Shown piece after piece: positions 31,101-39,687 of a DNA stretch of 64,000 bases. The DNA comes from an uncultured Candidatus Poseidoniales archaeon. Its GTDB lineage: Archaea; Thermoplasmatota; Poseidoniia; Poseidoniales; Thalassarchaeaceae. Made by a program: the position numbers and the translations under genes. The stretch is from assembly GCA_902511005.1 (NCBI GenBank), contig CABXDN010000002.1, positions 77,595 to 141,594 on the forward strand. The letters run 5' to 3'. The notes beneath the pieces were generated by a model. That model was not told the origin of the DNA. It did no database searches and was given only the letters and a program-made list of their open reading frames with translations. How positions within the stretch are numbered: the stretch's first letter is position 1; each line of letters begins with the position of its first letter.

Positions 31101-31528
31101 GTAACAGCAGTCCAAATATCCATATTCTTCCGCCTAGCATAATACCAATCTCTGGTCCATTTAGGAACTATGATACGCTGTACAATAGAAGATTCTTCAT
31201 TATTATCAATATCCTCCTCATTAAATTTGATTAAACGAAATACTCCCATCCTAACTAAAGTTGAAACACGAACTGAGACATGCAATACGGAGTCCTCATC
31301 TGTATTCTTAATAATTCGTGAAACAAACTCACTTTCTCCACGGAACGTTTCTTCTTCATCATTATGATACCGCCACTGTCTCTCGTGCTGGGGATTATCT
31401 AATGCATGTACTACCCAACTTTCTAGCGTGTCAAAGTATTCTCTTGGTTTACCTGAAATTTGACTATCAAGATATGCAAGTGTAGGGCCATAAGGATGGA
31501 TTTTAGGTATTTTTGATTCTTTACTCAT
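28151..31528 (-). CDS. SF2 (ResIII/XPB-like) DExH helicase with long N-terminal extension and unnamed C-terminal domain
   Basis: PYEWQ, VVTGAGKT, IADECHR, GLSATP, LDEGLDVP, QRLGRILR. Confidence 0.88.
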   Translation of the reverse strand: MSKESKIPKIHPYGPTLAYLDSQISGKPREYFDTLESWVVHALDNPQHERQWRYHNDEEETFRGESEFVSRIIKNTDEDSVLHVSVRVSTLVRMGVFRLIKFNEEDIDNNEESSIVQRIIVPKWTRDWYYARRKNMDIWTAVTGEKDKLFAINCIKSMWFTGQEWELIYSLRDMLNSISKTSWVKKSEIWASMQKKFSYHTNPKYTNRRVSLVLEMLVRAGLVKSGEQGYINVDDQYSRCPPFRKDWCPISYAEQIHFGDILEWSEKEGFIDKNMKNYLQDEIFGQWAIASAHIESQTSRTGGLTRANTRTFNESMCRIQEAIWGDRYQSHIYQASKSRKKQEHRLNGTVWPLFRVDDMTDKKLDRWGNTTWELLSLNKILEAGLAQPRRSKWTGESIFKDGENLKLSVYYQRRAAEILETDKDDPIITSLRWGGKRNAFKFIEYLQWMKDNGGSKDEIKSLLQLTIPEFNKEIMSKNLDSERPAFTYPSDFTPYEWQDEAVEAWWKGNAKLSDGTIKQIQPRSGIAEVVTGAGKTVFAIQIIKQFLDNDPQNKALIIVPTEVLLHQWYSELAKYLNIGPKYVSLIGDNNHGSMSEKEQTRVVLGIVNSLSLEYVHERLISAGIPDPGKLLVIADECHRFRGEKFRKSLEWYIREEDAKLGLSATPLGEKDDIDVGKLESEDDKLIVSGYLGERLYFYGYERARDDRLIPDFSINLVGFDLSPSERNKYKIYSDKISRSRKKIIDAVGHRLDRMRGGFEVKINTLSSEGIKIPGLKDYFEGIRERKDLLSHGLQGEGLQNRQACFEHILKKTLVNAGNSTGKKALVFQERISQIQDAMYPSGGDIRNMLETTYYRPSSVHSRRAKYRDRMTLDILRKDIINVVFSAKKLDEGLDVPAVDVGIVRIPTSSLRTIIQRLGRILRTKDGKKESDFWVLYARDTTETRFFENIDFRERISDDVIKYWHWNLEDKQPQEQEESEIKWGPRNLDIDWSNIDIGDPVKGRVEGGKFSVSSDWIPFIKKQNSSGNLSRMRILNKDHIDIASVLEEMKKAGAVYHDIDGRCVTYQRGKGGTYVGKIDTSVELQLQPYPSNFSKRSPSLIKAPSGSQMERLLNMLSSDNEGSEHE

Positions 31529-31533
31529 ATTAC

Positions 31534-32604
31534 TTACTCCTTTTGTTCTTCTCTTGACGAATATGGACTTTCTTCGTCTCCGTCTATCTTATTTGGATCA
31601 TTAGAAGTTCTCTTATACCCCAATTTAATTTTTGTTATTGGGATACTACCATCATCAAAATCAGCACAATTACCCAAATAAATAGGCAAGCAACCTTCTT
31701 CTATTGCTTTATCACCTCTCGTGGCTTCCATTCTTGTATTATACATTTGAAGAAGTGGATGATTTGGAATATTAATTAATTCGCTAATTGTTTCACGCAT
31801 ATTTTTTGCTAAACGACCCCATACATCATCATCTCCGACATCTTGCTTTCTTACATTCATCCAAATATCTCCACCTAGTAAAATATACAATCTTCCCCCA
31901 CAAGGTCTCACTTCTAAATAAGCATCAATTAATTCAGCATGTTTTGGTTCAGTTCCAAGAATTATCAAACCTTTGGAAAGGGCACTGCTTAGTTTACCTG
32001 GCCATGTCAATTGAGAAGTCTCTCTAGATCTCTGACGAACCGTCCATGGCTCTCCTGTCTTAAACATACATCCGGTCCAAAGTCCTACTTTCTTAGGATC
32101 AAACCATTCTTTAGCAGATGATTTATTTGATGGATACAAACCATTGACTCCTGGATGTTCAGGAATTTGAACCATCACAGGATCCAGATTAACAATTCCA
32201 ATATAATACGGATTCCACTCATTATCATCTCTCCTCCACATTATTGCTTCTCCTTTTGATGTTATTGTTACCGGACCATTTCCATATTTTCTGATGCTTT
32301 CAATTAATCTGATTGTTTCTGGTTCCACTATGGGGCCAGGAGAGAACTCTTTCAGACGGTTCATTCCAATTCTACGCTGATCACCCATTGGATCGTCTAA
32401 TATTTCAGGCTCAGAGTGTTTATTTTCATAGGAAACAGATTTCACTGAATATTGTATCTTATACTTACTACCTCTAACTGCAATAGGCCAAATTTCTCCA
32501 GATTGGATAGAACATTTCTTATTTGTTACGTGACATATTGTTACCTTAGTAGCTATGGGGTCAATTTTAAATTTAGTTTCTAAAGATATTTCTGATAGTC
32601 TCAT
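31534..32604 (-). CDS. Hypothetical protein with two copies of an unnamed domain; paralogue of 32601..33593
   Basis: 356-aa ORF; 4-nt overlap with upstream gene and 5-nt gap to helicase; motifs RGSKYKI, GPVTITSKGE, GGRLYILLGG, PIYLG. Confidence 0.8.
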   Translation of the reverse strand: MRLSEISLETKFKIDPIATKVTICHVTNKKCSIQSGEIWPIAVRGSKYKIQYSVKSVSYENKHSEPEILDDPMGDQRRIGMNRLKEFSPGPIVEPETIRLIESIRKYGNGPVTITSKGEAIMWRRDDNEWNPYYIGIVNLDPVMVQIPEHPGVNGLYPSNKSSAKEWFDPKKVGLWTGCMFKTGEPWTVRQRSRETSQLTWPGKLSSALSKGLIILGTEPKHAELIDAYLEVRPCGGRLYILLGGDIWMNVRKQDVGDDDVWGRLAKNMRETISELINIPNHPLLQMYNTRMEATRGDKAIEEGCLPIYLGNCADFDDGSIPITKIKLGYKRTSNDPNKIDGDEESPYSSREEQKE

Positions 32605-33593
32605 GAATTGTCACCATCCAATGAAAACATACTAGTTAATTTTTTAATTTGAGAATCGGTTAGAGGGTCATGAATACTAGGTCCTCGCTGCAAATCAATA
32701 CCACCTTTATGAATTCCCAAAAATACTGGAACTTTTCCAGTCCGACTAATACGACCTGAGAGATATTGTCTTTGCTCAGAACTCATATCTTGTACAACTT
32801 GTGTGAAATCTAGTTCTAAATTCTCAGCACTAATATTTGCAATAAATGCGCCCTGTTCAGTAATGTAAAAACGACCTCCCACATAATCTGTTAGACTCAT
32901 GAACATACTCCAAATTTTATCACTGATACCTGAACTTCGACGTTCGATAAGCCATCTAGGACTAGAGGGGTGGCTACGGAATATTGTCTTTCCATCACTT
33001 GAATATCGCATACCATCAACTGGGCCTTTCCAGATATCTTTTGGTTTGTATAATGAAGGATCATTTGGCAACTCAGTAATCGATGGGAATTCGCCCCCGA
33101 TATCTTCAATATTTCCTATTACACACCAGTTACTAATTGACTCTACAGTTGAACCTTCTTCATCAGGATCTAAATCTTCATTTGGAACTTCAGAATTCCA
33201 ATAAGCAAGTATTTCTTTCTTATCGGTTAAACGAACACGTCCCGGACCTCGGAAATCTAAATACATCTTTTTTAACCTCTCAGAATTTTTAACCTTCAAT
33301 CTCTCCCCAGTTCCAGGTAACCTAAGCCAAATACCTTCATTATTTACGACATATTTGCTCCCACTTGGAATTCCAACATATTTATTTTGATATTGACTAA
33401 GATTTTTTGTCATTAGTTCAATAATATCAGAAGAATCTTCACTGTGAATAAATTCTTCTGCTTTCTCCTTCATCTGTGCAAGCTGATAAGATATCGCAGA
33501 AGTGGATAATCCTATCTTTTCTGAAATTTCCTCTAGATTGTATCCATTTCCTCTTAATGCAGCTATTTTTGCTCTTTGTTCCTTACTCGCCAT
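32601..33593 (-). CDS. N-terminal HTH plus two copies of an unnamed domain
   Basis: LRGNGYNLEEISEKIGLSTSAISYQL HTH; SGSKYVV, GRVRLTDKKE, GGRFYITEQG, PVFLG. Confidence 0.8.
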   Translation of the reverse strand: MASKEQRAKIAALRGNGYNLEEISEKIGLSTSAISYQLAQMKEKAEEFIHSEDSSDIIELMTKNLSQYQNKYVGIPSGSKYVVNNEGIWLRLPGTGERLKVKNSERLKKMYLDFRGPGRVRLTDKKEILAYWNSEVPNEDLDPDEEGSTVESISNWCVIGNIEDIGGEFPSITELPNDPSLYKPKDIWKGPVDGMRYSSDGKTIFRSHPSSPRWLIERRSSGISDKIWSMFMSLTDYVGGRFYITEQGAFIANISAENLELDFTQVVQDMSSEQRQYLSGRISRTGKVPVFLGIHKGGIDLQRGPSIHDPLTDSQIKKLTSMFSLDGDNS

Positions 33594-33619
33594 TGTCTCG
33601 CCGACCCTTGGGGGTGATG

Positions 33620-33645
33620 ATTCCTATATTAAACTAATTAGGAAT
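33620..33645. promoter_or_regulatory. 7-bp inverted repeat over an AT-rich TATA-like tract upstream of the HTH gene
   Basis: ATTCCTA-N12-TAGGAAT. Confidence 0.35.
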
Positions 33646-33744
33646 AATGCCTATTTTTAAAAAAAGAGGAAAGGTCACGTATGCCATTTCATCATAATGC
33701 TAATTGTCCCTTTGTTTGAAATAGGGATGGTCGGTCGGCCGAAT

Positions 33745-34200
33745 ATGGCAGACATGCAAACAACCTACATTATGATCAAACCTGATGGCGTACAAAGAGG
33801 ACTTGTTGGAGAAATAATCAACAGATTCGAGCGGAAAGGGCTGCGCATGGTTGGCCTTCGCCAACTAACACCTTCAATGGAATTAGCAGAAGCTCATTAC
33901 GCGGTTCACTCAGAGCGCCCATTCTACTCTGGGCTCATTGAATTTATTACTTCGGGACCTGTTGTAGCTATGGCATGGACCGGAGTCGATGTTATTTCAG
34001 TTGCTCGTAACATCATTGGCCCTACAAATGGAAGAGATGCTGCACCTGGAACAATCCGTGGAGACTGGGCAATGGATATTGGCCACAACATCATTCATGG
34101 CAGTGATGGAGAAGATACAGCTGCATTCGAACTTGGACTATGGTTCCCTGACGGACTATGTGACTGGGTACTTGACGCAGAGTCACAAATCTACGAATAA
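33745..34200 (+). CDS. ndk: Nucleoside diphosphate kinase
   Basis: [32 protein letters not shown]; start placed at ATG 33745. Confidence 0.97.
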   Translation: MADMQTTYIMIKPDGVQRGLVGEIINRFERKGLRMVGLRQLTPSMELAEAHYAVHSERPFYSGLIEFITSGPVVAMAWTGVDVISVARNIIGPTNGRDAAPGTIRGDWAMDIGHNIIHGSDGEDTAAFELGLWFPDGLCDWVLDAESQIYE

Positions 34201-34241
34201 AACAATTCAATTAATTGAGGAAGGAACATGAGGTGGTCACG

Positions 34242-36020
34242 ATGGAAAACCGTAGACAACCAATTGTTTCCGTATTAGGTCATGTAGATCATGGTAAAAC
34301 CAGTCTACTGGACCATATTCGTTCACTTGGTTCAGGCAGACAGGCTTCTGTAATGGATAGAGAAGCTGGCGGAATTACTCAACATATTGGAGCTACTGAA
34401 GTTCCTGCAGATTTGTTGAATGAATTATGTTCACCACTAATGGGTGGAAAATCATTCGATTCTCCAGGACTTCTATTCATCGATACTCCTGGTCATCATT
34501 CATTCTCAACTCTACGTTCACGAGGTGGTTCTTTAGCAGATGTTGCGATCTTAATGGTAGATATTCATGATGGCTGTATGCCACAAACAGTTGAGTCAAT
34601 TCGTATTCTAAAGAATTCAAAAACGCCTTTTGTTATTGCTGCAAATAAAGTAGACAGAGTTCATGGTTGGCAATCAGTTCGAGACAGACCGATGGCTTTA
34701 GCTCTAAGAGAACAGACAAAAGATACGATAGGATACTTCGATCAAAAGTACTGGAACTTAGTTGGCTCTTTTGCCGAACATGGATTCAATATTGAGCGAT
34801 ATGATAAAATCAAAGATTTCACTAAAGAAATTGCTCTAGTACCAATCTCTGCAAAACAAGGTGAAGGGATTCAAGACTTACTAGCAGTAGTTATTGGAAT
34901 GGCTGAAAGATATCTTGGTGACAAACTAACAGATGTTGATGGAGCAGGAGAAGGTACTGTTCTAGAAATGAAAGAAGAAAGAGGTCTTGGTAAGACTCTG
35001 GATGTTATCCTGTATCGTGGTTCTATTCACAAAGGTGATGAAATTATTCTAGTAACACAAGAGGGAGGAATTTCAACACGTGTTCGCGGAATGTTCTCCC
35101 CCAGAGGAATGTCTGAAATGAGAGATGCAGGGGATAGATGGGACGATTCAAATGTTGCTCATGCGGCATCGGGTCTGAAAGTCTCAGCACCTGATATTGA
35201 CGGTGTTTTAGCAGGTACTACACTTAGAGTCGTAAAGACTGATGAAGAGCGTCTAGAGGCACTTAATGCAGCTAATAATGAGGCTAATCTTTCAATTGAA
35301 CTAGACGAAGAGGGTGTGACTATCAAAGCAGATACAGTTGGTGGACTAGAAGCTCTAGCAAAAGAATTGAAAGAACTTGATTTACCAATCCGTCATGCCA
35401 CTATTGGAAAGGTAAATCGTCGAGATGTCAGATCTGCTGAAAATGCTAAAGATCCATTACATCGAATCATTATGGCATTCGCAACAGATATTCTGACTGA
35501 TGCAGAAACTGAGATTGAGAAATCAGAAAATGGTGTCAAATACATTAGTTCAGATATCATCTATCGTATTCTTGAAGAAAGAGAGGAATGGGTAGAAAAG
35601 AGAACTAAAGAATTGGAAGAAGAATCTAGAGAAGTTGTAGTATATCCTGGAAGAATTAAATTCCTTCCCGATCATACATTCCGTGCCAGTAAACCTGCTG
35701 TAATTGGTGTCAGAGTATTAGCTGGAAGAATACATGTTGGACAGTATTTACTGAAAGAAGGAGTTAGACTTGGAAGAATAAAATCAATTCGTTCGGGACA
35801 AGATTCAATGAAGGAAGCTTTGCAAGGAGCCGAGATAGCAGTTGCAATCGATGGGGTCACTGTAGGAAGACAACTTGAAGAGAATGATATCATGTTAGTT
35901 GATGTCCCTGCGTCACATGCAAAAAAGCTGAGAAAGATGGACTTATCTGCCGCTGAAGAAGAGGTTTTAGAGGAATTAATGGAGATTCACCGTAAAGATG
36001 ACCACTTCTGGGGACGCTGA
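34242..36020 (+). CDS. infB: Translation initiation factor aIF5B (IF-2)
   Basis: RQPIVSVLGHVDHGKT, EAGGITQHIG, DTPGH, NKVD; SD GAGGTG. Confidence 0.97.
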   Translation: MENRRQPIVSVLGHVDHGKTSLLDHIRSLGSGRQASVMDREAGGITQHIGATEVPADLLNELCSPLMGGKSFDSPGLLFIDTPGHHSFSTLRSRGGSLADVAILMVDIHDGCMPQTVESIRILKNSKTPFVIAANKVDRVHGWQSVRDRPMALALREQTKDTIGYFDQKYWNLVGSFAEHGFNIERYDKIKDFTKEIALVPISAKQGEGIQDLLAVVIGMAERYLGDKLTDVDGAGEGTVLEMKEERGLGKTLDVILYRGSIHKGDEIILVTQEGGISTRVRGMFSPRGMSEMRDAGDRWDDSNVAHAASGLKVSAPDIDGVLAGTTLRVVKTDEERLEALNAANNEANLSIELDEEGVTIKADTVGGLEALAKELKELDLPIRHATIGKVNRRDVRSAENAKDPLHRIIMAFATDILTDAETEIEKSENGVKYISSDIIYRILEEREEWVEKRTKELEEESREVVVYPGRIKFLPDHTFRASKPAVIGVRVLAGRIHVGQYLLKEGVRLGRIKSIRSGQDSMKEALQGAEIAVAIDGVTVGRQLEENDIMLVDVPASHAKKLRKMDLSAAEEEVLEELMEIHRKDDHFWGR

Positions 36021-36104
36021 AAATACGATGCAGAACTAGTTCATAGACACCCAACCCTTTAGTATTAAAAAACGGGGCAGGTAGATGTTAGAAGGTGTTG
36101 AAAG

Positions 36105-37088
36105 ATGACTATGGCAGCCAGTGACCCGAAGTCCCGTGAGTTAATTCAAACGGTTTCGCAAATTTCAAATGCATTAATGAATGAAGTTTCCAAGGTAATT
36201 ATTGGCAAACAAGAAAACCTTCGAAGAGTGTCTGTAGGTATACTATCAAACGGAAATATGCTGATTGAAGATTTCCCTGGACTAGCTAAGACTTTGATGG
36301 CTAACACATTCGCTACTGCACTTGGTTGCAAGTTCAAGCGTGTTCAATTTACTCCAGATCTTCTACCTGCAGATATCATGGGGACATACATGTATGATCA
36401 ACAAGCTGGTGAGTTCAAACTACGTCCTGGCCCTCTTTTCACAAACGTACTTCTGGCTGACGAGATTAACCGTGCTCCACCTAAGACACAAGCTGCTTTA
36501 CTAGAAGCGATGGAAGAAAAGCAAGTAACAATTGAAGGTATTACTCACAAATTACCAGCTCCATTCATTACAATGGCTACACAAAATCCAATTGAACAAG
36601 AAGGGACTTATCCTCTACCAGAAGCACAGATGGACCGTTTCTTGATGAAGATGTCAATGGGATACCCTAACAGGCAAGAAGAGAAGGCAATTTTACAGCG
36701 AAGAAAACTTCGAGGTAAAGATGACCACGAAGTTGAACAAATCACATCTCCAAAGAAAGTAGTTGCAATGCAAAAGGCTCTGGAAACAGTACATGTTGAC
36801 CCAGCAATCATGTCTTACATCGTTGAACTCGTACACCGTACACGTGAAGATCACAGAGTAATTACTGGTGCTTCACCTCGTGCTAGTCAGTCACTATTCA
36901 AGACTAGTCGTGCAAGCGCTGCAATTGATGGTAGAGACTATGTTATACCTGACGATATCAAGAATGTTGCACTTCAAGTTGTAAGCCACAGAATCGTATT
37001 GAAACCTGAGTCAAAAATTCGTGGAGTAACAGGTCAACATCTAATGCGAAAAATCCTTTCAGAAGTACCAGTACCGGTAATTCAGTGA
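36105..37088 (+). CDS. moxR: MoxR family AAA+ ATPase
   Basis: PGLAKT, RVQFTPDLLPAD, LADEINRAPPKTQ, ATQNPIEQEGTYPLPEAQMDRF. Confidence 0.95.
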   Translation: MTMAASDPKSRELIQTVSQISNALMNEVSKVIIGKQENLRRVSVGILSNGNMLIEDFPGLAKTLMANTFATALGCKFKRVQFTPDLLPADIMGTYMYDQQAGEFKLRPGPLFTNVLLADEINRAPPKTQAALLEAMEEKQVTIEGITHKLPAPFITMATQNPIEQEGTYPLPEAQMDRFLMKMSMGYPNRQEEKAILQRRKLRGKDDHEVEQITSPKKVVAMQKALETVHVDPAIMSYIVELVHRTREDHRVITGASPRASQSLFKTSRASAAIDGRDYVIPDDIKNVALQVVSHRIVLKPESKIRGVTGQHLMRKILSEVPVPVIQ

Positions 37089-37144
37089 GAATTTAGCCAA
37101 CAGGATTGAACACCTTCAGTCTTCCCAGACCATTAGTGAAGAGC

Positions 37145-38053
37145 ATGGCGAAGCCAATAGTAGTTGCAGTTGTCAACCATAAAGGTGGTTGTTCGAAGAC
37201 AACTACTGCAGTTAATCTCGCTGCGGCCTTAGCTACAGGTAATATCGAAATGGGAATTAAATCCCGTAGAGTATTACTTGTTGACTTGGACCCTAAGGGA
37301 AACGTTGCAACTACTTTTGGAATAGATAAAAGGACACTCGGAGCAACGATGAATGAATTATTCAAAGGTGGAATTGATGGGACACAAGTTAATCTCAATC
37401 AATGCCTATTAGGTCCAGGGAATCTTACACAATCAATGAAAAAATCTTGGAGAAAACATAATCCAGAGAAAAAACGCGGACCTCCAAAAGAAATTGCTAT
37501 CAATAATTTGTGGATTTTACCAGCAGACTTAGATCTTTCTGGCGTAGAAATCGATTTGGCTACTAGATTTGGTAGAGAAGCAAGATTAAAATCTGTTTTA
37601 CATCAGGCACAAGAACACTTTGACGTTATCATCATAGATACACCTGCATCACTTGGACTATTGACTACTAATGCGCTAACTGCGGCGCAATGGGTACTAA
37701 TTCCAATACAAGCTGAGTTTTATGCATTAGAAGGAATGGGGCAATTAATGAATACAATCAAAAATGTTCAGAAAGCTGTAAATCCTGAACTGAAATTATT
37801 CGGAATTGTTTTGACAATGGTTCAATCTCGTAGCAAATTATGTGAAACGGTAGCTGAGCAAGCAAGGAAACATTTTGGAGATCGTGTTTTCAAAACACAA
37901 ATTGCAAGATCAATTGCAATAGCTGAATCACCGTTAGAAGGAGCACCAATTGTTATTGCTAAAAAACCGAATAAATCTAATCCAGCATGTCAGAATCTTT
38001 GGGATTTTGCTAAAGAAGCGGATTTAAGAATTAAAATAATCTTAGGCAACTAA
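37145..38053 (+). CDS. parA: ParA/Soj family ATPase (paralogue 1)
   Basis: Deviant Walker A HKGGCSKTT, VDLDPKGN, IIDTP, PIQAEFYALEG. Confidence 0.9.
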   Translation: MAKPIVVAVVNHKGGCSKTTTAVNLAAALATGNIEMGIKSRRVLLVDLDPKGNVATTFGIDKRTLGATMNELFKGGIDGTQVNLNQCLLGPGNLTQSMKKSWRKHNPEKKRGPPKEIAINNLWILPADLDLSGVEIDLATRFGREARLKSVLHQAQEHFDVIIIDTPASLGLLTTNALTAAQWVLIPIQAEFYALEGMGQLMNTIKNVQKAVNPELKLFGIVLTMVQSRSKLCETVAEQARKHFGDRVFKTQIARSIAIAESPLEGAPIVIAKKPNKSNPACQNLWDFAKEADLRIKIILGN

Positions 38054-39150
38054 TTTTCAGATACCTTTTCAAGAGTGGATTGTTTAGCGTCTAGTATTAT
38101 TTTTTCCCATTTAACCTTCAATTGAGACTCAAGAGATTTCATAATTTCATTGACCTCTTTCTTAGATATGTCAGTCCTTTTAGAGAACTGTTCATCTAAC
38201 GTAGAAAGTAATTCGGTTTCTCTTTCTTTAGCATATGTAGCAACTCGTTGTTCCATCTCAACTTCACTTTCTAAAGCCAATTCTTGCCGACGAAGTGAAA
38301 GAGCAGCTTCCATTGTCTTTCTCTCTGCCCTAAACCTTCTATCTAAATCGGATAAGGCATTTTGTTCCGCTTCTTCTTCAAGAGATTTCGTCCTAACATC
38401 AACATCAGTTAACATATCTTTTTCTAGTGATTTACGTTCGCTTTTAAGTTGCTTATCTAATTCAGATTCTCTTGATTTTCGTGCTTCTGCTAGCCTTTCA
38501 CGCATCTGAATCTCTTGATCTAGACGATAAGACTCAGCTTTTCTATGAACCTGAGATTCCATGACTTCACGAAGATCCATTTCTACTCTTCTTTCCATCC
38601 TCTCTAAATCTTGATTTGCTTCTAATTCTAATCTTTCATTCAAGAATGCTTGACGACGAGTAAGTGCAATCTCCATCTCGCCTTTCAATCTAGTACGTAA
38701 TTTTGAGGTATGAGCTTCAATACGCCTGTCTCTTTCCAAATCTAATTGTTCTCTTAATCGATTTTCTTCTCGACGTAATCTGTGTAACATTTCTTCACGA
38801 AGAAGTCTTTCTTCTCGTTCTAGTGCTTCAGTTTCAAGACGTTCCATCTCATCTTCAAGACCTGCACGTAGATCTGCTTCGATATTTTGCAACTGTTCTT
38901 CAAATAGAATTTCATTTGCTTTTCTTATTGCCCCATGCATTCCTGAGACTCTTTCTGTCATCTCAGCAATACGCATTCTTCTCTCTCTTCGAATACTAGA
39001 CCTTAGTTTGGATTCTTCATCAAGTCTATCGCGAGCTCTAGCCACTGAATCCAGAGTAGAGGATGCTGAAAGAACATGTTGAGCACGAAGGCTCGATAAC
39101 TCCTCGATACCTTCGGTATCATTCTCAGTTGGCGACTTGCTTTCACTCAT
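38050..39150 (-). CDS. Long E/R/L-rich coiled-coil protein
   Basis: 366 aa, almost devoid of Pro/Gly, heptad-like E/R/L pattern. Confidence 0.75.
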   Translation of the reverse strand: MSESKSPTENDTEGIEELSSLRAQHVLSASSTLDSVARARDRLDEESKLRSSIRRERRMRIAEMTERVSGMHGAIRKANEILFEEQLQNIEADLRAGLEDEMERLETEALEREERLLREEMLHRLRREENRLREQLDLERDRRIEAHTSKLRTRLKGEMEIALTRRQAFLNERLELEANQDLERMERRVEMDLREVMESQVHRKAESYRLDQEIQMRERLAEARKSRESELDKQLKSERKSLEKDMLTDVDVRTKSLEEEAEQNALSDLDRRFRAERKTMEAALSLRRQELALESEVEMEQRVATYAKERETELLSTLDEQFSKRTDISKKEVNEIMKSLESQLKVKWEKIILDAKQSTLEKVSEN

Positions 39151-39269
39151 GGGTACCCATCCCCATCATTACGGTATTTCCTGAGTATATGAGAACGATG
39201 GGTATAATTCTCCCGATAATCCCGATTTTGCAATAGTTTGAGTATTGATCAAACTACACAATAGAGGTC

Positions 39270-39662
39270 TCAAAATGTCACATTAAATGCTGATTCACAA
39301 GCTGGACAATCCAGTTGACGTGTTCCAGGACGAGGGCGTATGCGTAGTTTTCTTTCACAACCAGGGCACTCAATTTCTACCTTGACTACTTTTGCCGTTA
39401 ATGTAAATACTCCAGTACAACCACTGCAGGTCAAATCTACCGGCCTTTCATCAGTGCCTGCGACAAGAATCATGTTACAAAGAGGACAAGGAACTGATTC
39501 TTCAATCAGTGCGTCAATCGTTGGTTGATGAGAGACTCTACAAACTGCTCCACAAATTTCGCATTGAATATCGCCAAGCCCAGGAGGCAACATATGGTTA
39601 CAATGAGCGCATTCTGCTAAAGGTGCTACATGTTTCGACTCGACTTCTACTGAATCAGCCAT
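39270..39662 (-). CDS. Triple zinc-ribbon protein
   Basis: Six CxxC motifs: CAHC, CEIC, CPLC, CSGC, CPGC, CPAC. Confidence 0.8.
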   Translation of the reverse strand: MADSVEVESKHVAPLAECAHCNHMLPPGLGDIQCEICGAVCRVSHQPTIDALIEESVPCPLCNMILVAGTDERPVDLTCSGCTGVFTLTAKVVKVEIECPGCERKLRIRPRPGTRQLDCPACESAFNVTF

Positions 39663-39687
39663 ACCCCTCGCTACCCCCTATTGGTTA

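Larger units (their letters stand above)
25338..33600. mobile_element. Defence island inserted between rpl24e and ndk (no integrase or att repeats seen)
   Basis: R-M pair plus helicase operon interrupt the conserved archaeal L7Ae-S28e-L24e-ndk-IF5B order. Confidence 0.7.

Noticed and set aside
28151-31528. Helicase as a type III Res subunit or Dnd restriction component
   Set aside because: No C-terminal PD-(D/E)xK motif seen, no mod or dnd genes, and it is on the opposite strand to the MTase
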